Source of the DNA: Anthoceros angustus
Lineage: Eukaryota; Plantae; Anthocerotophyta
DNA: 64,000 nucleotides
Direction of reading: 5' to 3'
NCBI GenBank assembly: GCA_010909165.1
Contig: VJWM01000116.1
Location: 744,001 to 808,000, forward strand
Shown here in pieces: positions 25,274 through 37,086 of the stretch. The translations under genes were made by a program, and so were the position numbers. Numbering within the stretch: the first letter of the stretch is position 1; each line of letters opens with the position of its first letter. The notes below the pieces were generated by a model that ran no database searches, was not told the origin of the DNA, and was given only the letters and a program-made list of their open reading frames with translations.

Positions 25274-28150
25274 TCACGGTCGACCCTGACAACTGCAACA
25301 ACCAGCCGTGAATCGATGCACACGGTACCCATCCCTTACGACAATGTCTCTCTGTTCAAGCCTTGACATTATCTCCGTGGAACTGTGGCAGTCACTGCAC
25401 ATGCGGAGATTCTTCGTTACCACCAGAGGTGTCCCACTCGGAGTGTTCAACAGACCAAACGCTAAAGCTAGCTTCTCAGCATGCCCACAAAGCGCATCTT
25501 CCTTTTCCTTCTCAGACAGTGGCTTCAACACCAACTTCGTCTGAGGTACGTGGCCTCCTTCCTGCTTCACACGTGCATTCGTGCTCTCGACTTTAAGTGC
25601 AATATCATCTCTTTTTTCTCCCACCGCAAATGTATGTACCTGCTTCTTCACCTCAATCGTCGCCACTGCAGGTTTCTTGTTAGCTCCTGCTGCCCTTCTC
25701 TGTGTTTCAATCCTGTCTACATCGGTCCACCTACCTGCATCTGCGTAGGCATTGGCCATGAGCACATACGCAGACGCCATTTGAGGGTCCAGCCTAACAA
25801 TGCTTTCAAAACACCACATCGCCCTCTCTATATCCCCGTGACTTTTGCAGGCATTCAACAAAGACGTCAAGCCCACAACATTACTTTGGCCCTCACATGA
25901 TAATAGCATCTTCTCTGCCTCATCTAAATGGCCAGCACGCCCAAGAAGATCAATCATGCAGGTGTAATGCTCAACAGTAGGTTTGATGCCATGCTGTTCA
26001 GCCATGGAATCAAAGTGCTTGACCCTCGTGGACCAGTCCTCATGACTGCATGCTACTAGAAGGCAAGTAAAAGTAGCATCATTAGGCTGAACACCGGCAA
26101 CTAACATCTTCTCAAAACAAGCTAGTGCCTTGTGACCTTTATCACAAGCACCATACCCAGCAATCAGGACATTCCACGTCACCACATCCTTTGTGGCCAT
26201 GCTGTCAAAAACCTTGCGTGCATCTTCCAGATCGCCACATTTCGCATACATGTCCACCAGGCAGTTGCCCACCACAACGTCATCCAGCAGTCCTCTTTCA
26301 ACAATCTGTGAGTGCAGATGCATGCCCATCTGTAAGGCACCAGTGCTTGCACAGGCCTTCAGAAGGCAAGCAAAATGGTCAGCCAAAATCAGGCCTCCTG
26401 CTCCATTTGTCCATACACAGCAAGCGCCTCTGTCCGAGTCCTTGCTGTGCATACCAGCAATCAGGGCATTCCATGTCACCACATCTTTGTGTCCATGCTG
26501 TCAAGAACCTGGCGTGCATCTTTCATTTCACCACATTTTGCATACATGTCCACCAGGCAGGTGCCCACCACAACGTCATCCAGCAGTCCTCTTGACAATC
26601 AGAGTGCAGCTGCCTGCCCTTCTGTAAGGCACTAGTGCTTGCACAGGCCTTCAGAAGGCAAGCAAAAGTAACATGGTCAGCCAAAATGAGGCCAGCCTCC
26701 TCCATTTGTCCATATACAACAAGCGCCTCATGTCCAAGCCCTTGCTGGGAATAGCCAGCCATCAGCACCGTCCATGTCACCACATCCTTTGTGGGCATGC
26801 CATCAAAAACCTTGCGTGCATCTTCCAGTTCGCCACATTTCACATACATGTCCACCAGGCAGTTGCCCACCACTACATTATCCAGCAGTCCTCTGTCGAC
26901 AATCTGTGAGTGCAGTTGCATGCCCTTCTGTAAGGCACCAGTGCTTGCACAGGCTTTCAGGAGGCAAGCAAAAGTAACATGGTCAGCCAAAATAAGGCCT
27001 GCCTCCTCCATTTGTCCATACACAACAAGCGCCTTTGTCCAGCCCAGCAATCAGTTCCATGTCACCACATCCTTTGCATGCTGTCAAAGACCTGTGCGTC
27101 TTTCAGTACCACAGCATGCAATCAGGCATTCCATGTCACCACATCCTTTGTGGTCATGCTGTCGAAAACCTGGCGTGCATCTTTCAGTTGGCCACATTTT
27201 GCATACATGTCCACCAGGCAGTTGCCAACAAACAAGTTAGTAGGAATGCCACTCTGCACCACATCACAGTGCACTTTTCTGCCAGAATCCAAGTCAGAGG
27301 CAAATGCACAAGCTTGAAGGGCAGCTACAAAGACGTGAGCATCCGCCTTCACTCCTGACCTACACATGTCATGGTACAGTTGTATGGCCTCATTAGGTTT
27401 CCCATGCTTAGCGTATGCGGAGATTATGGAAGACCACATGAAGGCATCCGGTTTCCCCACTCTGGTGAGCACATCCATGGCCTCCTCTAGCCTACCTCCA
27501 CATGCATACATGCGCAAGATATGGTTCCCCAAGTATGCATTCGACTCGTACCCAAGTTTGACACTGAGATCATGAACCCGTCGCCCCACAACCAAATCCT
27601 TCTTAGCTGTACACAGTTTCAGCACAGTGCAAACCAGAGACGGAGAAATATCAGAGTCTGTCTGCGCCAGAGATTCCAGGGCTCCAACGGCCTCAGAAAG
27701 CTTCCCCTGCTGACATAACGTGCTCACGGTAACAGCAGTAGCGACGCCCATTTCCACCTGCATATCCAAGAAAACGAGCTTCTCATCAACCCAAGCTGGC
27801 TTGAACGTACTGTTTAACCACAGCACCTCACCGGACCCCTTACGCCGGAAGTCAGGCGAACGGGAGCTCTTCTTGTCTCGTCGGTTATCCCACCACACGG
27901 TAGGGTCCAGAAAATATTGTTGCCACAAGTGCTCCTGCTCCTGGCGACGACCATCGTTGGAAATCTCGTCCCCACCCACAAATTTCCTAGGATGTGGAAG
28001 TGCTGGGCTCCTTACAGTGCTGCACCTGGAGGCTTTGCTGGCCGGGGGTCGACTCCCTAAGATGAGGTTAGCAGGAGCTCCTGGTACAATCCCTGTACAC
28101 ACACCGATTTGTTGGGTCGACAACGGATCCGGCTGCCATACTGTGGCCAT
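25274..28150 (-). CDS. PLS-class PPR protein with E domains and DYW:KP (GRP-terminal) deaminase-like domain; putative U-to-C organellar RNA-editing factor; N-terminal PDF motif; several frameshifts
   Basis: PLS repeats (VVTWNALIAG / HVTFACLLKAC / VVGNCLVDMYAKCG), then KKPAVATIEV, HAEKLA, LRMCSDCH and C-terminal CSCQGRP*. Intronless. The frameshifts may be sequence errors or pseudogenisation. Confidence 0.9.
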
Positions 28151-31100
28151 CGTTCAGGGACCGCTGTCGGAGGTGCATGAACAAGACAGGCCAATCACAA
28201 AGTCGTCCCCTCTACGCACACTAACCCACAGCCTTTTCAGCAGCCAGGCCAGGGTTGATGGACTGATTGACCAGTGACCTGGATAGTGAATGGCAGTGCC
28301 TACAAACCTGTTGAACAGCGGGCAGTTAAGCTGTGCTCAGGACCTGCTTCTAGTCGAGCTTCACTTTGTGTAGAGGGTATATTTTGTGTTTAGGGGATAT
28401 TGAGTGTAAGGACCATTTTGAGTATGGGCTAGCATCAATAGCGGGCTTGACTAGGTAAGGATGCTGTATATGGTGAAAGGGAGAACGCTAGACACAAGAA
28501 AACTAACATAGCAGGCTTGATTAGGCAAGTTTGTTGTGCATGGAAGAAGGAGAATCATAGATAAAAGAAGACATTATGTGAGTACAAGAGAGTTCTTCCT
28601 AACGTATTAGGGACGGAAGTAATCAACAGCAGGTTCACAAGAGCTCTTACTCAGCTTATTGCGGACTTAAGTAAACAGAGAGCACAAAGAGAGCTCTTCC
28701 CCAACCTAGATTTCTTTCAGAAGTTAGGGATATGATAATAGAGTCAAGGCTTCACAAAGAGATTTTTTAGATTGCTAAGAGCAACAATCTAAGAAGGAAT
28801 AATAATGATATAGTAAGTGTTTTACTGCAAAGAATTCAAAAATACTTGTGCAACTTCTCTACAACTTACATACTAATCTACGAAGTCATCGCATTTAAAC
28901 AAGATGTTAGCCAATAATATCCACATAGCCCTTGTGTAAAACTTCTTGGATGAGAAATCTCCCACATCTACCTACCTACTGTACCTTGTTGGATCATACA
29001 TCAAAAACACTCCTTTGCTATGAAAGCAAGATATAAGTATTGTCGCTTTGAATTTTTTCAAGACAATTAGCAAGATCAGGATTAGATTGAGCAAGACGTT
29101 GTTGTTTCTCATTTTATCTCTTTCATGTCTCTTTGGCAAGACCATTTTCTCTTAGAAAGAAAATGGCTAAGAGAAAATTTTCTTAGCCATTTTGTTGATA
29201 TTTATAATTATAAATGATCAAATAATTGCTTATGTATAAAATCGTAAGACCTGGTCCCACAAACAACTAGAAGAAAGGAAAAATTGATGCTTAAACTATA
29301 TACTACATACATTAAAATTGAAGAGATTAATAAATAGTTACAACTATATAAAAATGTTAAAATATTTAATATATGCATTCTATAGAATTGAGGAGATTGA
29401 TAAAAGATTATAGGGGAAAGATGGATTGAAATTATAAATTTTAGTTACAATGAATTCTTTAAACAGTTCGTAGTATTCATTGAATAATACAATTTTGAAT
29501 TTTGGTTATAACCTATTGAGTTCTAGTAGTGAGTTTCATCTCCAACTTGGCTTCCAAATATATATTGACACTTTTACTTGGACATTAATTGTAATATGGC
29601 ATGCTTCTTGGATTAGTTCTTTTAGTTGGAGAAGGACATCACACAAGAAAATCTTTTACTAGTACTAAAATACTAAAACTATATGATCTACTCTAAACTC
29701 TAAAGATATCTTTTACTAATACTAATATAACATAACATATATAGGCTACTCTCAACTCTAATTATGGAGTCTAAAGAATTGGATTGAATTGAACGAAAGT
29801 ACAACTGAGGAACCTCATCCAACAGAGAGGAACCCTCAATCCAACAAGGATGAAATCTTCATCCAGATGATGAAATCCTCAAAGGGCTCAGGTTCAGAAA
29901 TCGTCAAGGGTTCCATCTCCTGGATCGGATAGTATAATTGTAAGGGTGAATAATTGTACACATGTTTGAACCTCAGGGCCTCACACTAACTAAGATATCA
30001 GAGTCTGGCGGTTTTCAGTCAGTGAGTGAGTTTCCGCTTCCTCTTCGACTTGATCAGTGAGAGGGGTTCCTGAAGAGGACCTTTCCGACGTTTCCAGGAA
30101 TGACCCACGAGGACGAAAGATAATAGGCATCATCGTGTTCTGAATCTGACGACTCAGAAGAATCAGAGTCATAATAGTCACCAGTGTCTGACGGATTTTC
30201 AGCCGTACTAGTGAGTTCTCTAATTATTCCGCTACAATCTTCGACTCCATCATTGTGAGCGACAACATCATGGCCTGTCGGCGCCGGATTTTCAGTCGTA
30301 CCATCGCGTCCTCTAATTCCGTCCCCTCTTCCTCTTCCTTCCTCAACCCCTTCGATATCGATATAGGAGTCGCATGCTCTTGTTGTTCCTCTTCCTCTTC
30401 CTCTTCCAGTTCCTCTTCCTCTTCCTCTTCCTCTTCCTCTTCCTCAACCCCTTCGATATCGATATTGAGTTGGTATCCTTTTCCTCTTCCTCAACCCCTT
30501 CGATATCGATATAGGAGTTGGTATCCTTTTCCTCTTCCTCAACCCCTTCGATATCGATATAGGAGTCCGTATCCTGGGCGGACATATGAGTGTCTGAAGA
30601 GGACTTTGATCCCGACGGCGAGATGTTAAAGCGAGCGAAGATATCAGAGTCTGTCGACGACCCTGAACTATGGTCGTCCGACATCACGGATTGAGAACGT
30701 CGTCGTTGTAATTCCTGTTCAGCTGCCTCTTGCAGTGCATACCAGCGCTTTAGGTCAGGCGGGCCAAACCGCAGGCAAATTGTAATAGATACAAGACAAG
30801 GATGAATAGATAATATTATAGGAGCAGAGCAACGGTGTTGAGCCCATCCCTGGTAGCAATAGGATGGCTGGTACGACAAAAGGCGACTCTGATTCATCCC
30901 TGCATCCTTCGATTCATCACCGGTTGCATGGAGGCCATATGGTCCCGAGTCTGCTCGATCGTGGAAAGTCTGCACCACAGTGGAATGATCTCCTATTGCT
31001 CGGATAAATCCTGCACAGGAAAGACAAGTAGATCTATCTGCAGAATCGATGATATCACATTGAAGCCTCGCTCAGACGAATCCATACTGTGGCCATCGTT

Positions 31101-34100
31101 CAGGGACCGCTGTCGGAGGTGCATGAACAAGACAGGCCAATCACAAAGTCGTCCCCTCTACGCACACTAACCCACAGCCTTTTCAGCAGCCAGGCCAGGG
31201 TTGATGGACTGATTGACCAGTGACCTGGATAGTGAATGGCAGTGCCTACAAACCTGTTGAACAGCGGGCAGTTAAGCTGTGCTCAGGACCTGCTTCTAGT
31301 CGAGCTTCACTTTGTGTAGAGGGTATATTTTGTGTTTAGGGGATATTGAGTGTAAGGACCATTTTGAGTATGGGCTAGCATCAATAGCGGGCTTGACTAG
31401 GTAAGGATGCTGTATATGGTGAAAGGGAGAACGCTAGACACAAGAAAACTAACATAGCAGGCTTGATTAGGCAAGTTTGTTGTGCATGGAAGAAGGGAGA
31501 ATCATAGATAAAAAGAAGACATTAACAGTGAGTACAAGAGAGTTCTTCCTAACGTAGATTAGGGACGGAAGTAATCAACAGCAGGTTCACAAGAGCTCTT
31601 ACTCAGCTTATTGCGGACTTAAGTAAACAGAGAGCACAAAGAGAGCTCTTCCCCAACCTAGATTTCTTTCAGAAGTTAGGGATATGATAATAGAGTCAAG
31701 GCTTCACAAAGAGATTTTTTAGATTGCTAAGAGCAACAATCTAAGAAGGAATAATAATGATATAGTAAGTGTTTTACGCAAAGAATTCAAAATACTTGTG
31801 CAACTTCTCTACAACTTACATACTAATCTACGAAGTCATCGCATTTAAACAAGATGTTAGCCAATAATATCCACATAGCCCTTGTGTAAAACTTCTTGGA
31901 TGAGAAATCTCCCACATCTACCTACCTACTGTACCTTGTTGGATCATACATCAAAAACACTCCTTTGCTATGAAAGCAAGATATAAGTATTGTCGCTTTG
32001 AATTTTTTTCAAGACAATTAGCAAGCAGTATGCAGGGATTAGATTGAGCAGCACGTTGTTGTTTCTCATTTTATCTCTCTTTCATGTCTCTTTGGCAAGA
32101 CCATTTTCTCTTAGCCAAAGAGAAAATGGCTAAGAGAAAATTTTCTCTTAGCCATTTTGTTGATATTTATAATTATAAATGATCAAATAATTGCTTATGT
32201 ATAAAATCGTAAGACCTGGTCCCACAAACAACTAGAAGAAAGGAAAAATTGATGCTTAAACTATATACTACATACATTAAAATTGAAGAGATTAATAAAT
32301 AGTTACAACTATATAAAAATGTTAAAAATATTTAATATATGCATTCTATAGAATTGAGGAGATTGATAAAAGATTATAGGGGAAAGATGGATTGAAATTA
32401 TAAATTTTAGTTACAATGAATTCTTTAAACGGTTCCGTGGTCAGTCGCTTGAATAATACAATTTTGAATTTTGGTTATAACCTATTGAGTTCTAGTAGTG
32501 AGTTTCATCTCCAACTTGGCTTCCAAATATATATTGCACGTACCTTTACTTGGACATTAATTGTAATATGGCATGCTTCTTGGATTAGTTCTTTTAGTTG
32601 GAGAAGGACATCGTCACAAGAAAATCTTTTACTAGTACTAAAATACTAAAACTATATGATCTACTCTAAACTCTAACAGTATATCTTTTACTAATACTAA
32701 TATAACATAACATATATAGGCTACTCTCAACTCTAATTATGGAGTCTAAAGAATTGGATTGAATGTTGAATGAAAGTACAACGGGATGTACTCTCAATTG
32801 AACTAGAAGGGAAGCACTTTCAATCCAACAAGGATAAACCTAGAGAGGAACCTCAAAAAAGCAGTCCTAGTTGGAACCTGAAGCCGAACTTCCATTCGGA
32901 CTGGCTGATGAGGTACTCTTCATCCTTGGGCTATGAGCCAGACATATCAGAATCAGAATCTGTCGGCGTCAAGGGTTCCGTCTCAGATGACGTTAAGGGT
33001 TCCGCCTCAGTTGTGGAAAACCCACGAGGGAAGATAGTATAATTGTAAGTGAATAATGTACACTCTGAGATCATGTTCAAGAACCTCACGGGCCTCACAC
33101 TAACTAAGATATCTGTAGAGTCTGGCAGCGGCAAGTTTTCAGTCGTACTAGTGAGTCCTGTGTTTCCGCTTCCCTCTTCGACTTGATCAGTGAGAGGGGA
33201 GGTTACAGAGTCTGAAGAGGACCTTTCCGACGTTTCCGACGTTATGGAGTCACAATATTGAGCGACGACTGATGAGTTTCCATTGTCCGAGGACGAAAGA
33301 TAATAGGCATCATCGTGTTCTGAATCTGACGACTCAGAAGAATCAGAGTCATAATAGTCACCAGTGTCTGTCGACGGATTTTCAGCCGTACTAGTGAGTT
33401 CTCTAATTATTCCGCTACAATCTTCGACTCCATCATTGTGAGCGACAACATCATGGCCTGTCGGCGCCGGATTTTCAGTCGTACCATCGCGTCCTCTAAT
33501 TCCGCGTCCCTCTTCCTCTTCCTCAACCCCTTCGATATCGATATAGGAGTCGGCATGCTCTTGTTGTTCCTCTTGCTGTTCCTCTTCCAGTTCCTCTTCC
33601 TTTTCCACTTCCTCTACCTCTTCCTCAACCCCTTCGATATCGATATTGGAGTTGGTATCCTTTTCCTCTTCCTCAACCCCTTCGATATCGATATAGGAGT
33701 TGGTATCCTTTTCCTCTTCCTCAACCCCTTCGATATCGATATAGGAGTCCGTATCCTGGGCGGACATATGAGTGTCTGAAGAGGACTTTGATCCCGACGG
33801 CGAGATGTTAAAGCGAGCGAAGATATCAGAGTCTGTCGACGACCCTGAACTATGGTCGTCCGACATCACGGATTGAGAACGTCGTCGTTGTAATTCCTGT
33901 TCAGCTGCCTCTTGCAGTGCATACCAGCGCTTTAGGTCAGGCGGGCCAAACCGCAGGCAAATTGTAATAGATACAAGACAAGGATGAATAGATAATATTA
34001 TAGGGAGCAGAGCAACGGTGTTGAGCCTCCATCCCTGGTAGCAATAGGATGGCTGGTACGACAAATTGAAGGCGACTCTGATTCATCCCTGCATCCTTCG

Positions 34101-34272
34101 ATTCATCACCGGTTGCATGGAGGCCATATGGTCCCGAGTCTGCTCGATCGTGGAAAGTCTGCACCACAGTGGAATGATCTCCTATTGCTCGGATAAATCC
34201 TGCACAGGAAAGACAAGTAGATCTATCTGCAGAATCGATGATATCACATTGAAGCCTCGCTCAGACGAATCC
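28136..34272. repeat. ~3-kb tandem duplication (28136-31083 and 31082-34272) including the PPR gene 5' end/promoter, AT-rich TE-like DNA and an acidic ORF
   Basis: ccatactgtggccatcgttcaggg at 28136 and 31082; cagacgaatcc ends both copies. The first copy has more deletions. Confidence 0.92.
32931..34064 (-). CDS. Orphan acidic/Ser-rich low-complexity ORF with 16-aa repeats (DTNSYIDIEGVEEEEK); degenerate copy at ~29900-30900
   Basis: 377-codon open frame with 48-bp repeats, an upstream acceptor-like site and a telo-box (aaaccctaa ~34349). True start uncertain; could be TE-borne. Confidence 0.35.
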   Translation of the reverse strand: MSYQPSYCYQGWRLNTVALLPIILSIHPCLVSITICLRFGPPDLKRWYALQEAAEQELQRRRSQSVMSDDHSSGSSTDSDIFARFNISPSGSKSSSDTHMSAQDTDSYIDIEGVEEEEKDTNSYIDIEGVEEEEKDTNSNIDIEGVEEEVEEVEKEEELEEEQQEEQQEHADSYIDIEGVEEEEEGRGIRGRDGTTENPAPTGHDVVAHNDGVEDCSGIIRELTSTAENPSTDTGDYYDSDSSESSDSEHDDAYYLSSSDNGNSSVVAQYCDSITSETSERSSSDSVTSPLTDQVEEGSGNTGLTSTTENLPLPDSTDILVSVRPVRFLNMISECTLFTYNYTIFPRGFSTTEAEPLTSSETEPLTPTDSDSDMSGS

Positions 34273-34914
34273 CGGCGCAGGTTAGCGGGTCGATGAATGG
34301 ATGATAAGATTCCGCACCTTCTCCTTGGATCCTTGGGCAAGCAAGCGGAAACCCTAACCGACGTCTTAATACAAACAGTCGAAAATCTGATTTGACGCGG
34401 CGCTTCCGCTTCTTTCTTGGAGCTTGCACGTAATGTACACGAATGTAGGATCGAAGACCTTCCTTCAACGTTCAAGAAGCATTTAGTTTCTCAGGGACGT
34501 TCCATTGCTGGGTCTGTTCTATGTTACCGACTGTGTAATAGGCTACGGTGATTCGGCACAATGGGCCAACCCGAAATGTCCGAGAAGGTGGTAAAATGCT
34601 AAGCACGATCCCCATTTGTGTGACACGCACGCCACGCGGCCGTCGTTCCGGCCGGCAAAGGACCCGACTCGACCGGAAAAAGGAGCCGGCGGCCGGTCAG
34701 CCAACCGGTCAGTGATGACGGAGTTCCGGGAAAGCACTCGGACTCGGAGTCCTGCCGACCTGAATCCGATCCATTCAATCAGCAGTGGACAAGAAGGAAG
34801 AAGCAGAAAAAGAATCGAAGAACATGTTGCAGGCGCCGGATTCCTGAAGGTCACTCACTGGCAGAGGCCACTTGCCTGGCAGCAGGGTCGACATCGACAA
34901 GCTTGGCTTGCAAC

Positions 34915-34927
34915 TCCATATATAAAC
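34915..34927 (+). promoter_or_regulatory. Probable TATA box of the 35121 Gnk2-like gene
   Basis: ccatatataaac lies ~200 bp upstream of the ATG. Confidence 0.45.
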
Positions 34928-35120
34928 AAGCACGGCCGGACTCTTACCAACACACCAAACAGTCGCAGCGGCCAGCAGGCGATCGAGATCGTCACATCAA
35001 CGGAGCTGTGGGGCGGCAAACATTTCACTCAGCGCTGCCAAGACATTCAGTTTGGGTCCAGGAGCCGACGATCGGTTCTAGATCTGAGATCGACTTGTTC
35101 GAGTAGTGGAGGGTAGCAAA

Positions 35121-35543
35121 ATGGCGGTGGTGGATGCACGCAAGCTTGCGATGGCTGTGCTGGTGGTGTGCGCCCTAGGCCTGGTGCTGGGCGGTGCCAA
35201 AGCGCAGCCTGACACCAGCTTCAAGTCGGGGCTGTGCAACACTCAGAAGCTTCCTCCTGGCGCCCCCTTCTTGAGGAACGTGGATGCCGCGCTCTTGGAC
35301 TTGGAGAAGAACACAGCCTACAGCGGCTACGTCTACCGCACACAGTACCCCAGCGCTAGCGAGAACGATGCAAGCACAGCCTACGCCCAAGGCATCTGCA
35401 ACCAGAAGCTCACCCAGTCGGACTGCACCGCCTGCATCAAGATTCTTCACCAGGACATCTGGGGCATTTGCGGATACGCTGTCGGAGCCAGAGTGCAGTT
35501 CGCCGACTGCTACATCCGCTACGAGAATGCCAATTTCTCCTAG
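35121..35543 (+). CDS. Secreted single-DUF26 ginkbilobin-2-like protein (intact, intronless)
   Basis: Signal peptide, then QPDTSFKSGLCNTQKLPPGAPF..NTAYSGY..CNQKLTQSDCTAC..GARVQFADCYIRYE; closely follows the Gnk2 pattern. Confidence 0.92.
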   Translation: MAVVDARKLAMAVLVVCALGLVLGGAKAQPDTSFKSGLCNTQKLPPGAPFLRNVDAALLDLEKNTAYSGYVYRTQYPSASENDASTAYAQGICNQKLTQSDCTACIKILHQDIWGICGYAVGARVQFADCYIRYENANFS

Positions 35544-36654
35544 AAATTTGTCATCGTTACAGTTTCTGCCATGGATCATGAGTCCGATTGCAACGCAAGT
35601 CGTCGGGAACCCCGCTTGTCGTAGTTTGAGCCTGTTCATGCTCTCCAGATTAAGGTTGCATGTATATAATCTGAAGTAAAGCATCAGGCGTCGACGTCGT
35701 GCCTGCTTGAAGATGTCCAGTGTCTACATTCAACTCGCATTTTTGAACTTCCACCGCCCAGATATGATCATTGTAGGTACCAGGCTGCCTGACATAAATT
35801 CACTGTTTCTATTCACTTAAGCCTGCGGACATTCTTACTTGAGCCAGTCAGCCACTCCGGTATCAACAGTCCCCGCCAGCCACACCGTCCATCTGAATCA
35901 AAACATTCTTGAGCCAGTGCATGCCACACATTAAGGTTAGCCGCAACCGCTTCCTCATTGTGTGCTGCTTGAGGTGGGGTCTGCCTTTGGGCTCTCGTTT
36001 GTTCTGCTTTCCTGAGATTCATCATTAAGAACTTAGTGGGTACCGGTGACAACGAGTATGGTGAAGGTGGAATTGCACAATCACAGGAATGTATGTACGT
36101 GTCCAGCAGGTTTCTTCTAATGAGGCCTTGTTCAGATACAGAGTGATGCAACATGTTTTTTTGTCCAGTGATGATCAACAGCAGGTTCCCTCATGAAAAT
36201 TTTGTGACTTCATTCCTGGATGGGCAATACGGGGTTCTCACAAAATTTGTAGAGTACGTTTCAGGGTCCCAGGGATGACGAGCATATGAAGGTAGAGTCG
36301 CAAAGTTGGAGCAGGTGATTCCCACAAGATGCAGGAAAAAGGATCTGTTCGTAGAGTATCAAACACAACGATCTGGGCGGCTTAGGAGGGCTAAAATGCG
36401 AGATGCGAGAGGCCAATGTAGACACTAGGCGTCCTAAACCAGGCACCATGCCTGATGCTTGATTTCAGATTTCATAAATTTCATCCGAACTTGGATCTGG
36501 ATTAATTTTCCACTATACACAGGCCACAGGCCTGCCCATCTCTCTCAAATTACTCACAAGCGGCGCTCCGGATCCCGATGAGTTGTGTTGCAACTAGGCA
36601 GACTCATAGGATCCCTGACAGCAACCTTCCCTCCCGGACGCTGATGATGGTTTT

Positions 36655-37086
36655 CTAGTAGAAATTGTAGCTCTCGTAGCGGATGAAGCAGTCAGCGAAC
36701 TGCACTCTGGCTCCAACAGCGTTTCCGCAAATGCTCCAGATGTCCAAGTGAAGAGCCTTGAGGCAGGCGCTGCACTCCGACAGGGTGAGTTTCTGGTTGC
36801 AGATCCCTTGGGCGTAGGCTGTATCACTAGTACCGTGCTGGCTGGGGTTGCGGTACTGTGTGCGGTAGAAGTAGCCGCTGTAGGCTGTGTTCTGCTCCAA
36901 GTCCGAGAGCACGGCTTCCACTTCGGCCCAGAGGGGGTTGCCATGAGGAATCTTCTGCGTGTTGCACAGCCCCGACACCAATCTGGTGTCCTGGGCTTCG
37001 GCACCGCCGGGCATCAGGCCCGCGGCCACCACGGCGCACACCACCCACACAGCCATCACAAGCTTCCGTCCAGCTGCCACCGCCAT
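36655..37086 (-). CDS. Secreted single-DUF26 ginkbilobin-2-like protein (intact, intronless), convergent with the 35121 gene
   Basis: MAVAAGRKLVMAVWVVC signal peptide; QDTRLVSGLCNTQKIP..CNQKLTLSECSAC..GARVQFADCFIRYESYNFY*. Confidence 0.92.
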   Translation of the reverse strand: MAVAAGRKLVMAVWVVCAVVAAGLMPGGAEAQDTRLVSGLCNTQKIPHGNPLWAEVEAVLSDLEQNTAYSGYFYRTQYRNPSQHGTSDTAYAQGICNQKLTLSECSACLKALHLDIWSICGNAVGARVQFADCFIRYESYNFY

